Shown: in pieces, positions 1 through 14,289 of the stretch
How the letters are laid out: every line of letters begins with the position of its first letter
Position numbering within the stretch: position 1 is the first letter of the stretch
NCBI RefSeq assembly: GCF_009914755.1
Contig: NC_060937.1
Direction: 5' to 3' (one strand)
DNA: 64,000 nt
From: the human T2T-CHM13v2.0 reference genome, Homo sapiens
The notes under the pieces: model-generated
Told to the model about the DNA's origin: nothing
The model's input: only the letters and a program-made list of their open reading frames with translations
Database searches by the model: none
Program-made: the position numbers and the translations under genes

Positions 1-1050
1 ACAGTATTAATAAAGATACAAATTATTTAAAAAGATAGAAATTCTGGGGTTGAAAGGTACAATGATTGAAATGAAAAGTTTATCAGAGGGGCTCAACTTC
101 TTGTGAAAGAATTAGCAGACTTGAAGATAGATTGATTCAGATTATACAATCCAAAGAACACAGAGAAAAAGAATGAAGAAAAATGAACAGAGTCTCAGAG
201 AAATGTGGGATATCATTAAGCACGCCAACATAAATGTAATGAGAGTACCAGAGGAACAGAAGAGAAAGGAATTATTTGTATATAAAAACCATAATGACCT
301 GACACATCAATTAGAATATCTAAAATTAAAAATAGCGGCCATCCCAAATGTTAGCAACAATGTGAAGCAACTACAGCTCTCATACACTGATGATAGAAAT
401 GTAAAATTGTACAACTACTTTATAAAACAGTTTGACAGGTTTTTAAATGGTTACACATATATTTATTATATAATGCAGCGATTCCTTTCTTAGGTGTCTT
501 ACCCAAGAGAAAGGAAGTCATATGCCCATACAAATACTTATTCATAAACATTCCTAACAGCACTATTTGTAATAGTCAAAAACTGAAAACAACCCAAATG
601 TCCATCAAGAGGTGAATACATTATCAAGTTATGGTATATTTATGCAACAGAATACTGCTCAGCAATAAAAATAATTTAGTATTGATTTATACAATAACAT
701 GAATCACATGGATAAATGTTGATAAACTTCAAAATAATTATGCTGAATGAAAGAAGTCAGATGAAGAGAGTACACAGTTTTGCTTCCCTTTATCTAAAAT
801 TCTAAAAAGTGCAAACATCTACAGTGACAGAAAGCAGATCAGTGTTTGCCTGCGGTGGGGTTGAAGTGAGGAACAGGCAGACATGAACAAAGGGGAACGA
901 GGAAATGCTAGGGGTAATTAATATGTTCATTATCTTGATTATGGTGATGGTTTCACAGGTGTGTGCATAGGTCAACATGTATAAAGCTTTATACTTTAAA
1001 TACATTACTTTGTTTTATACCAATTATGCCTCAATATAGTTGTTTTAAAA
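1..1050 (+). mobile_element. Old L1 (L1M) fragments: ORF1 remnant followed by a 3' end/UTR fragment
   Basis: ORF 173..493 begins KKNEQSLREMWDIIK (L1 ORF1p motif); downstream text cacatcaattagaat...aaacaacccaaatgtccatcaa...ggtgatggtttcacaggtgt is typical of L1MC/MD/ME 3' ends. Confidence 0.8.
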
Positions 1051-1169
1051 ATGTTATCAGAGAAAGAATAAAACTAAAGTGAAGTAAATAATCATCCAGC
1101 TATTGGCTGATGGGTATTGTTATTCACATAAAAATTTTTCTAATAAAGAGTAAAAGTTGTATTTGAAAA

Positions 1170-2180
1170 AAAATCCTGGCACCCCAGTCCCGAGGATCCC
1201 TAGAAAATTTACAGGGGTGGCAGTCTTCAAAAATTTTTAAGGGCAGATTTTCAATCTTTGGCTTGCATACACCTTGCCAAGACATCCAAGGCACCTGCAA
1301 TTTCTTGCTTACCAGGAATTTCCATCACCTGCCAGCAAGATTTTATTATATCAATGTAGCAGACCAGCCTGAAGTGCTATGGACTGATAGGGGTACAGTC
1401 TTTATGGGCTTGACTATAATAAAGAGACAGAGGGTCTAGTCAGGTAAACAAAAACAGTTTCTGGGCTTTTTGCTTAGGGGAAGTAATGAGACAAAGACAT
1501 ATTTCAGATTGATAGGTAAATACAAGAGGCCAAAGGTTTTACTCCAGTGAAGAAACTACATGTGGGACAGTAGCTGCAGTTGGAGTCATCATCTGATTAA
1601 GTTTATGATGATACACTCTTACCCTCTAAGACTGTCAGTCTTTGAAGCATATACTAAACAGGTGAGTCAAATGCAGATTGATAGGAATAATTACCCTGCA
1701 TTTTTAGTCTTGCTTGGTTACGTTCATCTTTGAGGTTCCACACAGGGATTTAGTATTGCCTTCTATTTTTTGTAGGGTAATCCCAGGTCCTTCCACTTGG
1801 TTATTTCTACCATAATAACTGTTATTCGATGTGTCAGAAAGCCAATGTGGGAATTCCATCAGTTGTCAGGTGTGCTTATTGAAGCATTCACTCAGGAACA
1901 GTATAAATAACCACAAGACAGGTTTATGGATACATTGAACCAGCTATGAGAAGGACTCAACAAAATTCCATTTGTTATCACACCCGTATAAACACCCATT
2001 TTGATGGGTGGGCCACAGTGGAGTCCTGGGTTCCAGCAAATTAACCATGTCCAGAATTCCTAGAAAGTCTGGATATTTTCCTTTCTCTAGAACACAATTA
2101 TTCTAATACATGGCTGCATATTCCTTTGGGGAAATACTAGGAAGAAGCAACAGAGTATACATTCCTTTTACAAGGGTATC
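1170..2180 (-). mobile_element. ERVL internal fragment (reverse transcriptase region), degenerate
   Basis: Minus strand reads with frameshifts as YHHKLNQMMTPTAATVPHVVS...LVCYIDI...QEIAGALDVLAR...FLGI, matching ERVL RT (YHKLNQVVTPIAAAVPDVVS...HYIDDI...KFLGV). Confidence 0.75.
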
Positions 2181-2329
2181 TGGCCTCTTATTTTAGGTCA
2201 AGTTATTGAAGAATAGTTTACATACAATAAAATTTACTTTTAAAAAGTGTATAGTACAGTTCAACAAGCTTTGACAAATGAATACAATCATGTAACCACC
2301 ATCATAATTGAGATTCATTAGGGGTTTTA

Positions 2330-2880
2330 ATGTCAGTTGACAAGCTCATCCAAAAATTTGCACAGCAGAGCAAGCCTCCAAAAATTAACATGAAAATTCT
2401 GAATCAGAAAAAATATGACAATTTTGACCAGATATGAAGACTTTAATGATTAACCTTTAGTATTAAATATAGTGTGAAATAATGCAGATATCAGTAGACT
2501 AATGAAACAGAATAAATTCTAGAAACAGACTCATTCCTATAGAGAAGTAATGTATTACAGAGGTGGCATTAAAAATCAAGGGATAAAGTATAAAATTTTC
2601 AATCCATGTGTTGGGACAACTGGTTATCTACATAGGAAAATAATTGATACCTACATCTCCCACAACATACCACAATATATTCCAGGTAGACTAAAAACTT
2701 AAATGGGAAAAGCGAACTTAAAAATCTTTGGAGGAAAATATGATGTAAGAGTACAGGATTTTTGTTTTTTTAAAAAAGAGATCAAGTGGAGTATTTATAC
2801 ATCTGAATACATTAAAATTTAAAACTCATGCATAACAAAGGACAACATAAACCAAGCTAAAAGACAAACTACTGTATATA
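2330..2880 (+). mobile_element. Old L1 (L1ME-like) ORF2 3' fragment
   Basis: tgacaagctcatccaaaaattt, gaaacagaataaattctagaaacagac, gttgggacaactggttatc resemble decayed L1 ORF2. Confidence 0.6.
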
Positions 2881-3332
2881 CTTCTGAGAAGATGAAATCG
2901 ATGTATTTTTCTCTACCCCTCTTGCTAAGTACAATTACATACCCTGGACATTATACATAAAACAAGCATAACGACGTTCTGAAAAGTCAAGAAGACAAAC
3001 TGGGTAAGGACCTTGGAACCCAAGAAACATCATGATGATGAGTTCCCTAGCTTTTCTTTTGCCTCATATATCCCAGACTTGGAGCTGAGGAAGCCAGCAG
3101 TCAGGAAACACCAAAGGGTACAGATCTTAAAAGCCTGCTCTCTCTAGCCAAAGAACTAGGAAAGGGACAGCCTAGGAAGACAGAAAACTTTCAGACAATA
3201 AATGCTCTATCTAGCCAAATACCATAGAAAAAGCAGTGGATCCATCCCAACCGATGCCAGAAAAGGCTTAGTGGAAAACCTAGACTTCCACTCTTGCCGG
3301 GCTGTAATGGAGCATCACAATACTCCCACTAG

Positions 3333-3734
<402 letters not shown>

Positions 3735-4804
3735 TAGATCCACCCTCTTTCTACTCCTGGAATGGTGTCATATGAAGCCAGCTAAAACAGAAGGTTTAAA
3801 TAAGTTCCAGACTTTTATAACATAATATCCTAGATTTCCAGGTTTCAATAAAAAATTGCACCAAGGACCAGCAAGATCTCAAACTAAATGAAAAAACACA
3901 ATCAATAGATGCCAACACCATGGTAATATAGATGTTAGGATTATTTTACAAAGATTTTAGGTAGCCACCATAAAAATGCTTCAACAATTACAAATACCCT
4001 TGAAACAAATGAAAAATATGTCTCAGTAAAGAAACAGAAGTTATAAATAAGAACCAAGTAGAAATTTTTGAAATGAAAAATACAATAACTGAAAAGTAAA
4101 AATTAATAGATGATTTAACAGCAGAGTGGAGGAGCCATATGAAAGAAGCAGTGACTGGAAGATAGAATAATAAAAATTACTTAATCCAAACAACAGAGAG
4201 AAAACCTTGAGAAAAATAAACAGAGCCTCAGGGACCTGTGAGGCTGTAACAAAAAAATTGAACATTTATGTCATCAGAATTTCAAGAGAGGAGAAAGAGG
4301 GCAGGTTTGAAAAAATACTTGAAGAAATAAAGGCTGAAAAAGCCTCAAGTTTGGCAAAAGGCATAAGCCTACGTATTTAAGAAGCTGAATGAATACAAAA
4401 CGGATATGCCCAAATAAATTACACCAGACACATAATACAGTCAAACTTCTGAAAACTAAAGACAAATTAAAAAGAAACTGTGGTATACCAGAAGGAAGTG
4501 GTACATTTTTCAAGTGCTGTCAACTCAGAATTCTATATCCAGCAAAAACGTCATTCAACAATGAAAGGAAAATCAAGATAGTCTCAAATGAAAGGAAATG
4601 AGAATTTGCTGCCTTTTAGGATGACTAAAGAAAACTCTCAAAACAGTAAGAAAATAATAAAAGAAGGAATCTTGAAACACAAGATAAGAATAAAGAACAG
4701 TGGAAAAAGTAAAATCATGGGAAATATACTACATTTTCTTTCTCCTCTTGAGTTTTCTAAATTACGGTTGATGCAAAAATTATAACACATCTGATGTGGT
4801 TCTA

Positions 4805-5201
<397 letters not shown>

Positions 5202-5729
5202 TCAGTAGATTGTGATAAATTACATAATACCCAAAGCAACCATTAAAAAAAGCTATGCAAAGAGGTACACTCAAAAGTACTATAGATAAATAAAAATGGA
5301 ATTTTAAAAAATGTTCCAAAACCCACATGGAGCAAGGAAAAAAACAGAAAGACTAGTTAGGAGGTAATTACAGGTTAGAGGTGTAATGATCTGGATATTG
5401 TGATAACAGTAGATATGGACAGAATGTAGTTTGGGAGTAAAATTTACTAAATTTTCTTACATATTAGATATGAGGTGAGAGAGAAAAAAAGGAATCTAGA
5501 ATGATTTCTAAGATTTTGACAGGAGCATATGAGTAATGCTGATGCTGAGGTCCAGAAGACTAGAAAAGAGATAGAGGTTGACAATTTATTGCTAGATCTT
5601 AGAAATGTTAAATTACAGATTAAATTCAGGTCAGTTTTTCCCTATATTAAGAACCTAGAAAAAGTCCCTGGTGCTTGGTTAAAGTGCTACAAGGTCTAAA
5701 TAAATAAATAAATAGGCATTGTTGCTTCA

Positions 5730-6232
5730 GAGATGGCAGTAACTTGGGAGAAAATACCCGGGAGGAATGGAGTTCTATTTTACAGAATGCATTTATGTTT
5801 TGAATTGGAGACCATTATATGGTGCTGTCTCCACAAGAGCCAGCACACACTGCTTTGCAAATCAAGGGGTGAGGCAGAAGTGAGAATGGATCTTCTCACC
5901 ATTGCACCTAATAGTCTTCTCCTGGAATTTTTGCTTCCTATCCCAGCAACTTTGAGCTCTGCTGGTTTGGAGCTCTTAGTCGCCAAGGTGGTGGTAGTTG
6001 GGAAGTGGGAGAATGCTTCCACCAGGGATCACATGAATGGTTCCACAGAATTAGAAGATGAGACTGCTACCAGGCCATTTTGGGCATCTTATGCCACTGA
6101 AGCAACATGCGTAAAAGGAGGGAGGGGTGGTGTTACCCTACTTGTTGAAGTGATTGATTCCAATTACCAAACTGAAATTGGAGGCAAGGAGGACTATGTG
6201 TGGAACCCAGGGGACTCTCTGGGGTGCCTCTT
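5730..6232 (+). mobile_element. ERVL internal fragment (integrase 3'/dUTPase region)
   Basis: ORF 5733..6269 contains LTIAPNSLLLEFLLPIPATLSSAGLELLV and GVTLLVEVIDSNYQTEIGGKEDYVWNPGDSLGCLL, the ERVL dUTPase region (VIDPDYQGEIG...YVWNTGDPLGRLL). Confidence 0.8.
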
Positions 6233-8422
6233 AAGTGGCTATACCATTTTGCATCCCCCCCAGCAATGAATGACAGTTCCTGGTGTTCCACACCCTCTCA
6301 GCATTTGATGTTATCAGTGTTTTGGATTTTAGCCATTCTGATAGGTGTATAGTGATATCTCATTGTATTAATTTGCTATTCCCTGATGACATATGATGTT
6401 GAACATCTTTAAATATGCCTACTAGCCATGTGTATATCTTCTTTGGTGAGTGTCTAAGTATTTTGCCTAATTTATAATTGGGCTGTTTGTTTTCTTAATG
6501 CTTAGTTTTAGGAGTTCTTTGTGTATTTTGGATAACAGTCCTTTATCAAATAGTTGTTTTGCAAAGATTTTTTTCCCAGTCTATGGTTTGTCTTTTCATT
6601 CTATTACCAGGGTCTTTCACAGAGCAAAATATTATTTTTCAACTTTTATTTTAGATTCAGGGGGTACATGTGGAGGTTTGTTACCTAGGTATATCGTATG
6701 ATGCTGAGATTTAGGGTACAAGTGATCCTGTCACCCAGGTACTGAGCATCATACCAAAGAGTTAATTTTTCAACCCTCCGCACTTCCTTCCTCCTCCCTC
6801 TGGTAGTCCCCAGGCCTATTGTTGCCATCTTTATGTCCATGAGTACCCCATGTTTAGCTCCCACTTATAAGTGAGAACACACAGTATTTGGTTTTCTGTT
6901 CCTGCATCAATGCTTTAGGATAATGGCCTCCAGCTGCATCTATGTTGCTGCAGAGGATATAATTTCATTCTTTTTTATGGCTGTGTAGTATTCCATGATG
7001 TATATATATACCACGTTTTCTTTATCCAATCCACTGGTGATGGGCACCTAGGTTTATTCCATGTCTTTGCTATTGCAAATAGTGCTGCATTCAACATGTT
7101 TGTGTCTTTTTGGTAGAATGATTTGTTTTCTTTTGGATATATATCCAGTAATGGGATTGCTGGGTCAAATCGTAGCTCTGTTTTAAGTTCTTTGAGAAAT
7201 CTCCAAACTGCTTTCCATTACAGCGGGACTAATCTACATTCCCACCACCAATGTATAAACATTCCCTTTTCTCTAAAGCCTCACCAGCACCTGTTGTTTT
7301 TTTGACTTTTTAATAATAGCCATTCTGACTGGTGTGAGATGGTACCTCACTGTGGTTTTGATTTGCATTTCTCTGATGATTAGTGATATGGAGCATTTTT
7401 TCATATGTTTGTTGGCTGCTTGTATGTCTTCTTTTGAGAAATAACTGTTCATGTCTTTTGTCAATTTTTAATAGGGTTGTTTGTTTTTTGCTTGTTTGTT
7501 TCTTATAGATTCTTGATATTAGACCTTTGTTTGATGCATAGTTTGAAAATATTTTCTTCCATTTTGTATGTTGTCTCTTTACTCTGTTGATAGTTTCTTT
7601 TGCTGTGCAAGAGCTCTTTAGTTTAATTAGATCCCACTTGTCAATTTTTGCTTTTGTGGACATTGCTTTTGAGGATTTGTCGTAAATTCTTTCCCAAGGT
7701 CAATGTCCAGAATGGTGTTTCCTAGAATTTTTTCTAGGATTTGAGATCTTACTCTAAATTTGTAATCCATCTTGAGTTAATTTTTGTTTATGGTAAAAAG
7801 ATAGAGGTCCAGTTATATTCTTCTGCATATGGTGCTCCAGCTATCCCAGCACCATTTATTGAAGAGGGAGTCATTTCCCCATTGCTTATTTTTATTGACT
7901 TACCTGAAGATTGGGTGGCTGTAGGTGTGTGGCTTTTTTTCTGGGTTCTCTATTCTGTTCCATTGTTCTATGTGTCTGTTTTTGTACCAATACCATGCTT
8001 CTATGGTTGCTGTAGCTTGAAGTAAGGTAATGTAATGCCTCTGGCTTTGTTCTTTTTGCTCGGGATTGCTTTGGCTATTCAGGCTCTTTTTTGGTTCCAT
8101 ATGAATTTTATAATAGTTTTTTTCTAGTTCTGTGAAAAATGATGTTAGTAGTTTGATAGGAATAGTGTTGAATATGTAGATTGCTTTGGAAAGTATGGCC
8201 ATTTCAACAATATTGATTCTTCTGATCCGTAGTATAAAGTGTTTTTCCATGTGTTTATGTCATCTATGATTTCTTTTAGCAGTGTTTTGTAGTTCTTTTT
8301 GCAGAGATCTTTCACCTCCTTGGTTAGATGTATTCCTAGCTCTTTTAAGACTGTTGTAAATGGGATTGTGTCCTTGATTTGGCTCCCAGCTTGAACATTA
8401 TTGATGTATAGAAATGCTACTG

Positions 8423-8528
8423 GGCCAGGCACGGTGGCTCACACCTGAGCCGAGATCGCACCATTGCACTCCAGCCTGGGCAACAGAGTGAGAGTCCGTC
8501 TCAAAAAAAAAAAAGAAAGAAAAAAAAA
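8423..8528 (+). mobile_element. Internally deleted Alu (about 200 nt missing) with TSD
   Basis: ggccaggcacggtggctcacacctg joined directly to agccgagatcgcaccattgcactcc; TSD agaaatgctac on both sides. Confidence 0.9.
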
Positions 8529-9186
8529 AGAAATGCTACCGGTTTTTGTACATTGATTTTGTATCTTGAAATTTTACTAAAGTCATTAATTTTTGAGTTA
8601 ATTTTTATTTATGGTGAAAGATAGGAGTCCAGTATCATTCTTCTGTATATATGGCTAAGCAGCTATCCCTTGAAAGGATAAACAGTTCCAGGAGCATTTT
8701 GGCAGAGTCTTTAGGGGTTTCTAGGTATAGAATCATTTCATCCACAAAGAAAGATAGTTTGACTTTTCCTCTTCCTATTTGGATACCTTTTATTTCTTTC
8801 TCTTGCCTGATTGCTCTGGCTAGCACTTCCAGTACTATGTTGAATAGGATTGATGAGAGTGGGCATCCTTGTCTTGTTCCAGTTTCCAAGGAGAAGGCTT
8901 CTGGTTTTTGCCTGTTCAGTATGATGCTGGCTTTATGATGCTGGTGTGTTTGTCATAGATGGCTTATTATTTTGAAATATGTTCCTTTGATGCCCAGTCT
9001 CTTGGGGGTTTTTATCATGAAGTGATGTTGGATTTTATTGAAAGATTTTTCTGTGTCTACTGAGATAATATATGGTTTTTGTCTTTAATTATTTATGTAG
9101 TGAATCACATTTATTGATTCACATATGTTGAACCAAATTTGCATCTAAGGAATAAAGCCTACTTGATCATGGTGAATTAACTTTTT

Positions 9187-10418
9187 TTATTTTATTAAAA
9201 TATTGACTTTATTTCATATGTATATTTTTGTCTCCCTACCATTTCCATTTCTGACCACTGCTACTACTATGTCCTATCATAACATTCCATACGTACTTAA
9301 AACCAAGAAAAGGGTGGAGTTCCATCTTTAAAAACTAAACAGGCATTTTGGACAACATATTCTTGGCAATGGTACCTGGACAACATTTACCAAATACGGT
9401 AGGGAAAGTTCTCATTCTGCATTATAAAAAGGACAGCCAGATATCAACTGTTACTGAAATGAAATAAGATGGAATATTCATAACAAACTATTTAAATAAT
9501 TTTCTTAAAGAGACTTCCTTCACTGCCAGAGATCTTGAATAGCCTCCTGGTCAGTCATCCAGAAACAATTCTTCACATAATTGATGAATGTGGTTTCCAC
9601 TTTGGGAAGAGAACCACCTTTTTCTACACTTGCTTGCATTTTTGCTTTAATATCTTCTACAGAACTAGATCCTTTTGGTGTTTCAGTTTTTTTCTCTTTT
9701 TGAAGGATTCTTGTCTTTTTTATCTTGGTGTTGATGGTTTTGAGTCTTTTCCATTCTCGTTTGACTTCTGTGCTTTTTTGGCTGGAGTATCTGGTATAGA
9801 TTTCTTCACTTGTGCTTTTTTTTTCAGTTTCCTCATCATCTTCATCATCATCATCTTCTTCTTCTTCTTCATCAGCAGCAACTTTTTTCTGTGAAATCTT
9901 GCTACCACCTCCAGGGGCAGATCACTTTCCAGATATACTTAAGAGTTTTACAACCTCCTCCTTTTCATCTTCTGACTCTGCATCTTCCTCTACAGCTACT
10001 ACCTGCTGTCCACTATTATGCACTGGCCCTGAACCACACTTCAGTCGTAAAAGCACAGGTGGTGTTATTTCAAAGCCCCCAAGGGAAACCATTGGCTATG
10101 CAAACATTTTCAAAGTTGCCGGTGTTACTTTAATTGGATTTCCTTCATAATTCATTGCCTCTGCTTCAACAATGTGCAATTTATCCCTCACACCAGCCCC
10201 TAAACTGGTGCTCATTTTCATCATTATCCAGATAATCTTTGGTCAGCCTTTAGTTCACAACCAAAAAGATAGTTCTGGGGCCTCAGGGGGCTCACTTCCA
10301 TGTCCACCAAATCTTCCATGGGGTGGTGGCATGCACTAAGGCAGAAGAGAAGACAAATGGAGATAAAGGACTACTGCTCCAGAGAATAGCTGCTCAGGAG
10401 ACAGTCATACCAGGGAAC
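9187..10418 (-). pseudogene. NPM1P: Processed pseudogene of nucleophosmin (NPM1), full-length isoform 1 mRNA with 5'UTR, disrupted CDS (10319-9505), 3'UTR and poly(A) remnant
   Basis: Minus strand: ATGGAAGATTTGGTGGACATGGAAGTGAGCCCCCTGAGGCCCCAGAACTATCTTTTTGGTTGTGAACTAAAG ([24 protein letters not shown]), acidic tracts, [43 protein letters not shown]; intronless; TSD tgaattaacttttt at 9173-9186 and 10419-10432; indels and stops. The specific pseudogene number is not determined. Confidence 0.97.
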
Positions 10419-11254
10419 TGAATTAACTTTTTGATGTGCTGTTGAATTCAGTTTCTAGTATTTTGTTGAGGATTTTTGCATTTATGTTCATCAGGGATAT
10501 GGGCCTGCAGTTTTCTTTTTTGGTTGTATCTTTACCAGATTTTGGTATCAGGATGATGGTAGCTTCATAAAATGAGTTAGGGAGGTGTCCTTCCCCTTGA
10601 CTTTTTTGGAATAGTTTTAGTAGATTTGGTACCGGCTCTTCTTTCACATCTGGTAGAATTCAGCTGTGAATCCATCTGGTCCAGGGCTTTTTTTGGTTGG
10701 TAGGATTTTTCTTACTGCTTCAATTTTGGTATTCGATATTGGTCTGTTCAGGGTTTCAATTTCTTCCTGATTCAATATTGGGAGGTTGTGTGTTTCCAGG
10801 GATTTATTCATTTTCTCTAGATTTTCTAGCTTTTGTGCATAGAGGTGTTCATAATAGTCTCTGAGGACCTTTTGTATTTCTGGGGGATTGGTTGTAATGT
10901 CACCTTTTTTGTTTCCGATTGTGTTTATTTGGATCTTCTATTTTTTCCTTTGTTAATATAGCTAGTAGTCTCTTTATCTTGTTTATCCTTTAAAGAAATC
11001 AACTTCTGGTTTCATTGATTCTTTATATGGACTTTGGGTCTCAATTTCCTTCAGTTTGTTCTGATCTTAGTTATTTCTCTTCTTCTGCTAGTTTGGGGTT
11101 ACTTTGTTCTTGTTTTTCTACTTCCTGTAGGTGTGATGTTAGATCATTCATTTGAAATCTTTCTAACTTTTTGTGGTAGGCATTTAGTGCTATAAGCTTT
11201 TCCCTTAGCATTGCTTTTGCTGTCTCCCAGAGATTTTGGTATGTTGTGTCTCTA

Positions 11255-11661
11255 TATGTTAGTCTGCTTTTGTGTCATTATAAAGAAATACCCGAAGCTG
11301 GGTAATTTATAAAGAAAAGAGGTTTAATTGGCTCATGATTCTGCAGGCTGTACAGAAAGCATGGCACCAGCATCTTCTTGGCTTCTGCTGAGGCCTCAGA
11401 GGGCTTACAATCATGTTGGAAGACAAAGCGGGATCTGGAATATCACATGGTGAGAGAGGGAGAAGAGAGAAAGTGGGGAGGTGCCACAATTTCTTAAACA
11501 ACCAGATCTCACATGAACTAATAGAGTGAGCATTCACTCAATATTGCTAGGACAGCACCAAGCCATCCATGAGGGAGCCACCTCCATGACCCAAACACCT
11601 GCCACTAGCCCCTCCTCATTTCACATGAGATTTGGAGGGGACACACATCCAAACCGTATCA
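11255..11661 (-). mobile_element. MaLR solo LTR (MSTB-like) inserted in the L1PA element
   Basis: tatgttagtc...gggtaatttataaagaaaagaggtttaattggctca...catccaaaccgtatca; 5-bp TSD ctcta/ctctg. Confidence 0.9.
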
Positions 11662-12249
11662 CTCTGTTTTCATTTATCTTAAAGAATTTCTTGACTTCTG
11701 CCTTAACTTTGTTGTCCCAAAAATCATTCAAGAGCAAGTAGTTTAATTTCCATGTAATCGTGCAATTTTGAGAGATCATCTTAGTGTTGATTTCTATTTT
11801 TATTCCACTATGGTCCAAGAGTATGATTGGTATGACTTTGATTTTTTTAATTTATTGAGACTTGCCTTGTGGCCAAGCATGTGACTGATCTTGGAGTATG
11901 TTCCATGTGTAGATGAGAAGAATGTGGTTGATGAGTGGAGTATTCTGTAGATGTCTATTTGTTCCAATTGATCGAGTGTTGAATTTAAGTCCAGAACTTT
12001 TTTTGTTAGTTTTCTGCCTCAGTGATCTGTCTAATGCTGTCAGTGGGTTGTTGAAGTCCCCCATTATTATTCTGTGGCTAAGTCTTTGTAGATCTGTACT
12101 TGTTTTATAAATCTGGGTGCTCCAATGTTGAGTGCATATCTATTTAGGATAGTTAAGTCTTCTTGTTGAATTGCACTCCTTAAATGATTTTAATTGTAAT
12201 GAAGTCCAAATTAATACTTTTTCTTCCATAGATTATACCTTTGGCATTC

Positions 12250-12541
12250 TTTTTTTTTTTTGAAACAGAGTCTTGCACTGTCGCCCAGGCTGGAGTGTAG
12301 CGGTGCGATCTCGGCTCGGGCAAGCTCCGCCTCCCACGTTCACGCCATTCTCCTGCCTCAGCCTCCTGAGTAGCTGGGACTGTAGGCGTCCGCCACTACG
12401 CCCGGCTAATTTTTTGTACTTTTAGTAGAGATGGGGCTTCACTGTGTTACCCAGGATGGTCTCAATCTCCTGACTTCGTGATCCACCCGCCTAGGCCTTC
12501 CAAAGTGCTGGGATTACAGGCGTGAGCCACCATGCCCTGCC
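12250..12541 (-). mobile_element. AluY
   Basis: caagctccgcctcccacgttcacgccattc, ccaggatggtctcaatctcctgac; TSD tacctttggcattct/tacctttggtattct. Confidence 0.95.
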
Positions 12542-12765
12542 TTACCTTTGGTATTCTATCTAAAAACTTATCACCAAACCCAAGGTCACCTAGAGTTTCT
12601 CCTATTTTATCTTCTAAGAATTTTATAGTTTTATGTCTTACATTTAGGCGTATGATCCATTTTGAGGGTTTTTTCAGGGTTTTTTAAAAATTGGTTTCTT
12701 CAGATTTTCTTCATAGACAATCTATGAACAAAGACGGTGTTCTCTTTTTCTGACCTGTATACTTT

Positions 12766-13120
<355 letters not shown>

Positions 13121-13243
13121 TCTGTCTACCTTTTGTTTCCTTGTCTTGTCATATTGCATTAACTAGAACTTCTTCTACAATGTTAAATAAGAGTGAGTAA
13201 TAGGGGATATTCTTACCTCCTTCTTGATCTTAGCAGGAAAGTC

Positions 13244-13556
13244 TAGTCATCTCACAGTATCCATGAGGAATTGACTCCAAGATTCACTGTGGATACGCAA
13301 ATCTGCAAATACTCAAGTTCCTTGCATAATATGTACAGTATTTGCATATAAAATATGTACATCCCTCCGTATACTTTAAATCATCTCTAAATTACTTATA
13401 ATACCTAATACAATGTAAATGCTATGTAAATGACTATATTTTTAAATTTGCATTGTTTTTTATTGTATTATTGTTTTTCATTGTTTTAAAAACATTTTTG
13501 ATCCACAGTTGGTTGAATCTGCAAATGCAGAACCCACACATTCAGAGGGCTGACTG
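13244..13556 (+). mobile_element. MER2 (TcMar-Tigger) DNA transposon
   Basis: catccctccgtatactttaaatcatctctaaattacttataatacctaatacaatgtaaatgctatgtaaat; terminus gagggctgactg followed by TA. Confidence 0.85.
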
Positions 13557-14289
13557 TATCTAGTTTCTCACCATTAAGTATGATGTTTGCTGTAGGTTTT
13601 TTTGTAGATTTTTAAAAACCAAAGTTCCCCTCTCTAGTAAACTTACAGTTTTTATCATGAATGGTGTTGGATTTTGTCAAATGCCTTTTCTGTATCTATT
13701 GACATGATCACATAATTTTTTTAGCTGTTTATGTGATGGATTGCATTAGTTAATTTTCAGATGTTAAACCAGACTTCCATATCTATAATAAATATCTTTC
13801 AATCATGTTGCATAATTCTTATACACTTTTGAATTTGATTTACTAATATTTTGTTGAGGATTTTTACATCTATGTTCATGAGAGTTATTGATCTGTAGTT
13901 TTCCTTTCCTGTAATGTCTTTTTCTGTTTGGTATTAGGGTAATACTGGCCTTATGGAATGAGTTAGGAAGTATTCTCTCTGCTTTTGTTTTCTGAAAGAG
14001 ATAGTAGAGAATTGGTATGATTTCTTCCTTAAATGTTTAATAGAATTCACCAGTTAACCCACATTGGCCTGGTGCTTTCTGTTTTAGAAGGTTATCAATT
14101 ATTGATTCAACACATTTAATAGATATAGGTCTATTCCAATTATCTGTTCTCCTGTGTGAGTTTTGATAGATTATGTCTTTTAAGAAATTGGTCCATTTTA
14201 TTTCAATTATCAAGTTTGCAGTCATAGAGCTATTCACAATATTTCTTTATTATCTTTCTAATATCCATGAGATCAATAGTGATGGCCCC

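Larger units (their letters stand above)
6630..12180 (-). mobile_element. L1PA15/16-like element (3' UTR plus most of ORF2), 5' truncated
   Basis: 3' end ttttcaacttttattttagattcagggggtacatg; minus ORFs with ORF2p motifs [60 protein letters not shown]. Confidence 0.9.

Noticed and set aside
9535-10150. Plus-strand ORFs with poly-Ser/His/Phe tracts
   Set aside because: Antisense readings of the NPM1 pseudogene acidic repeats
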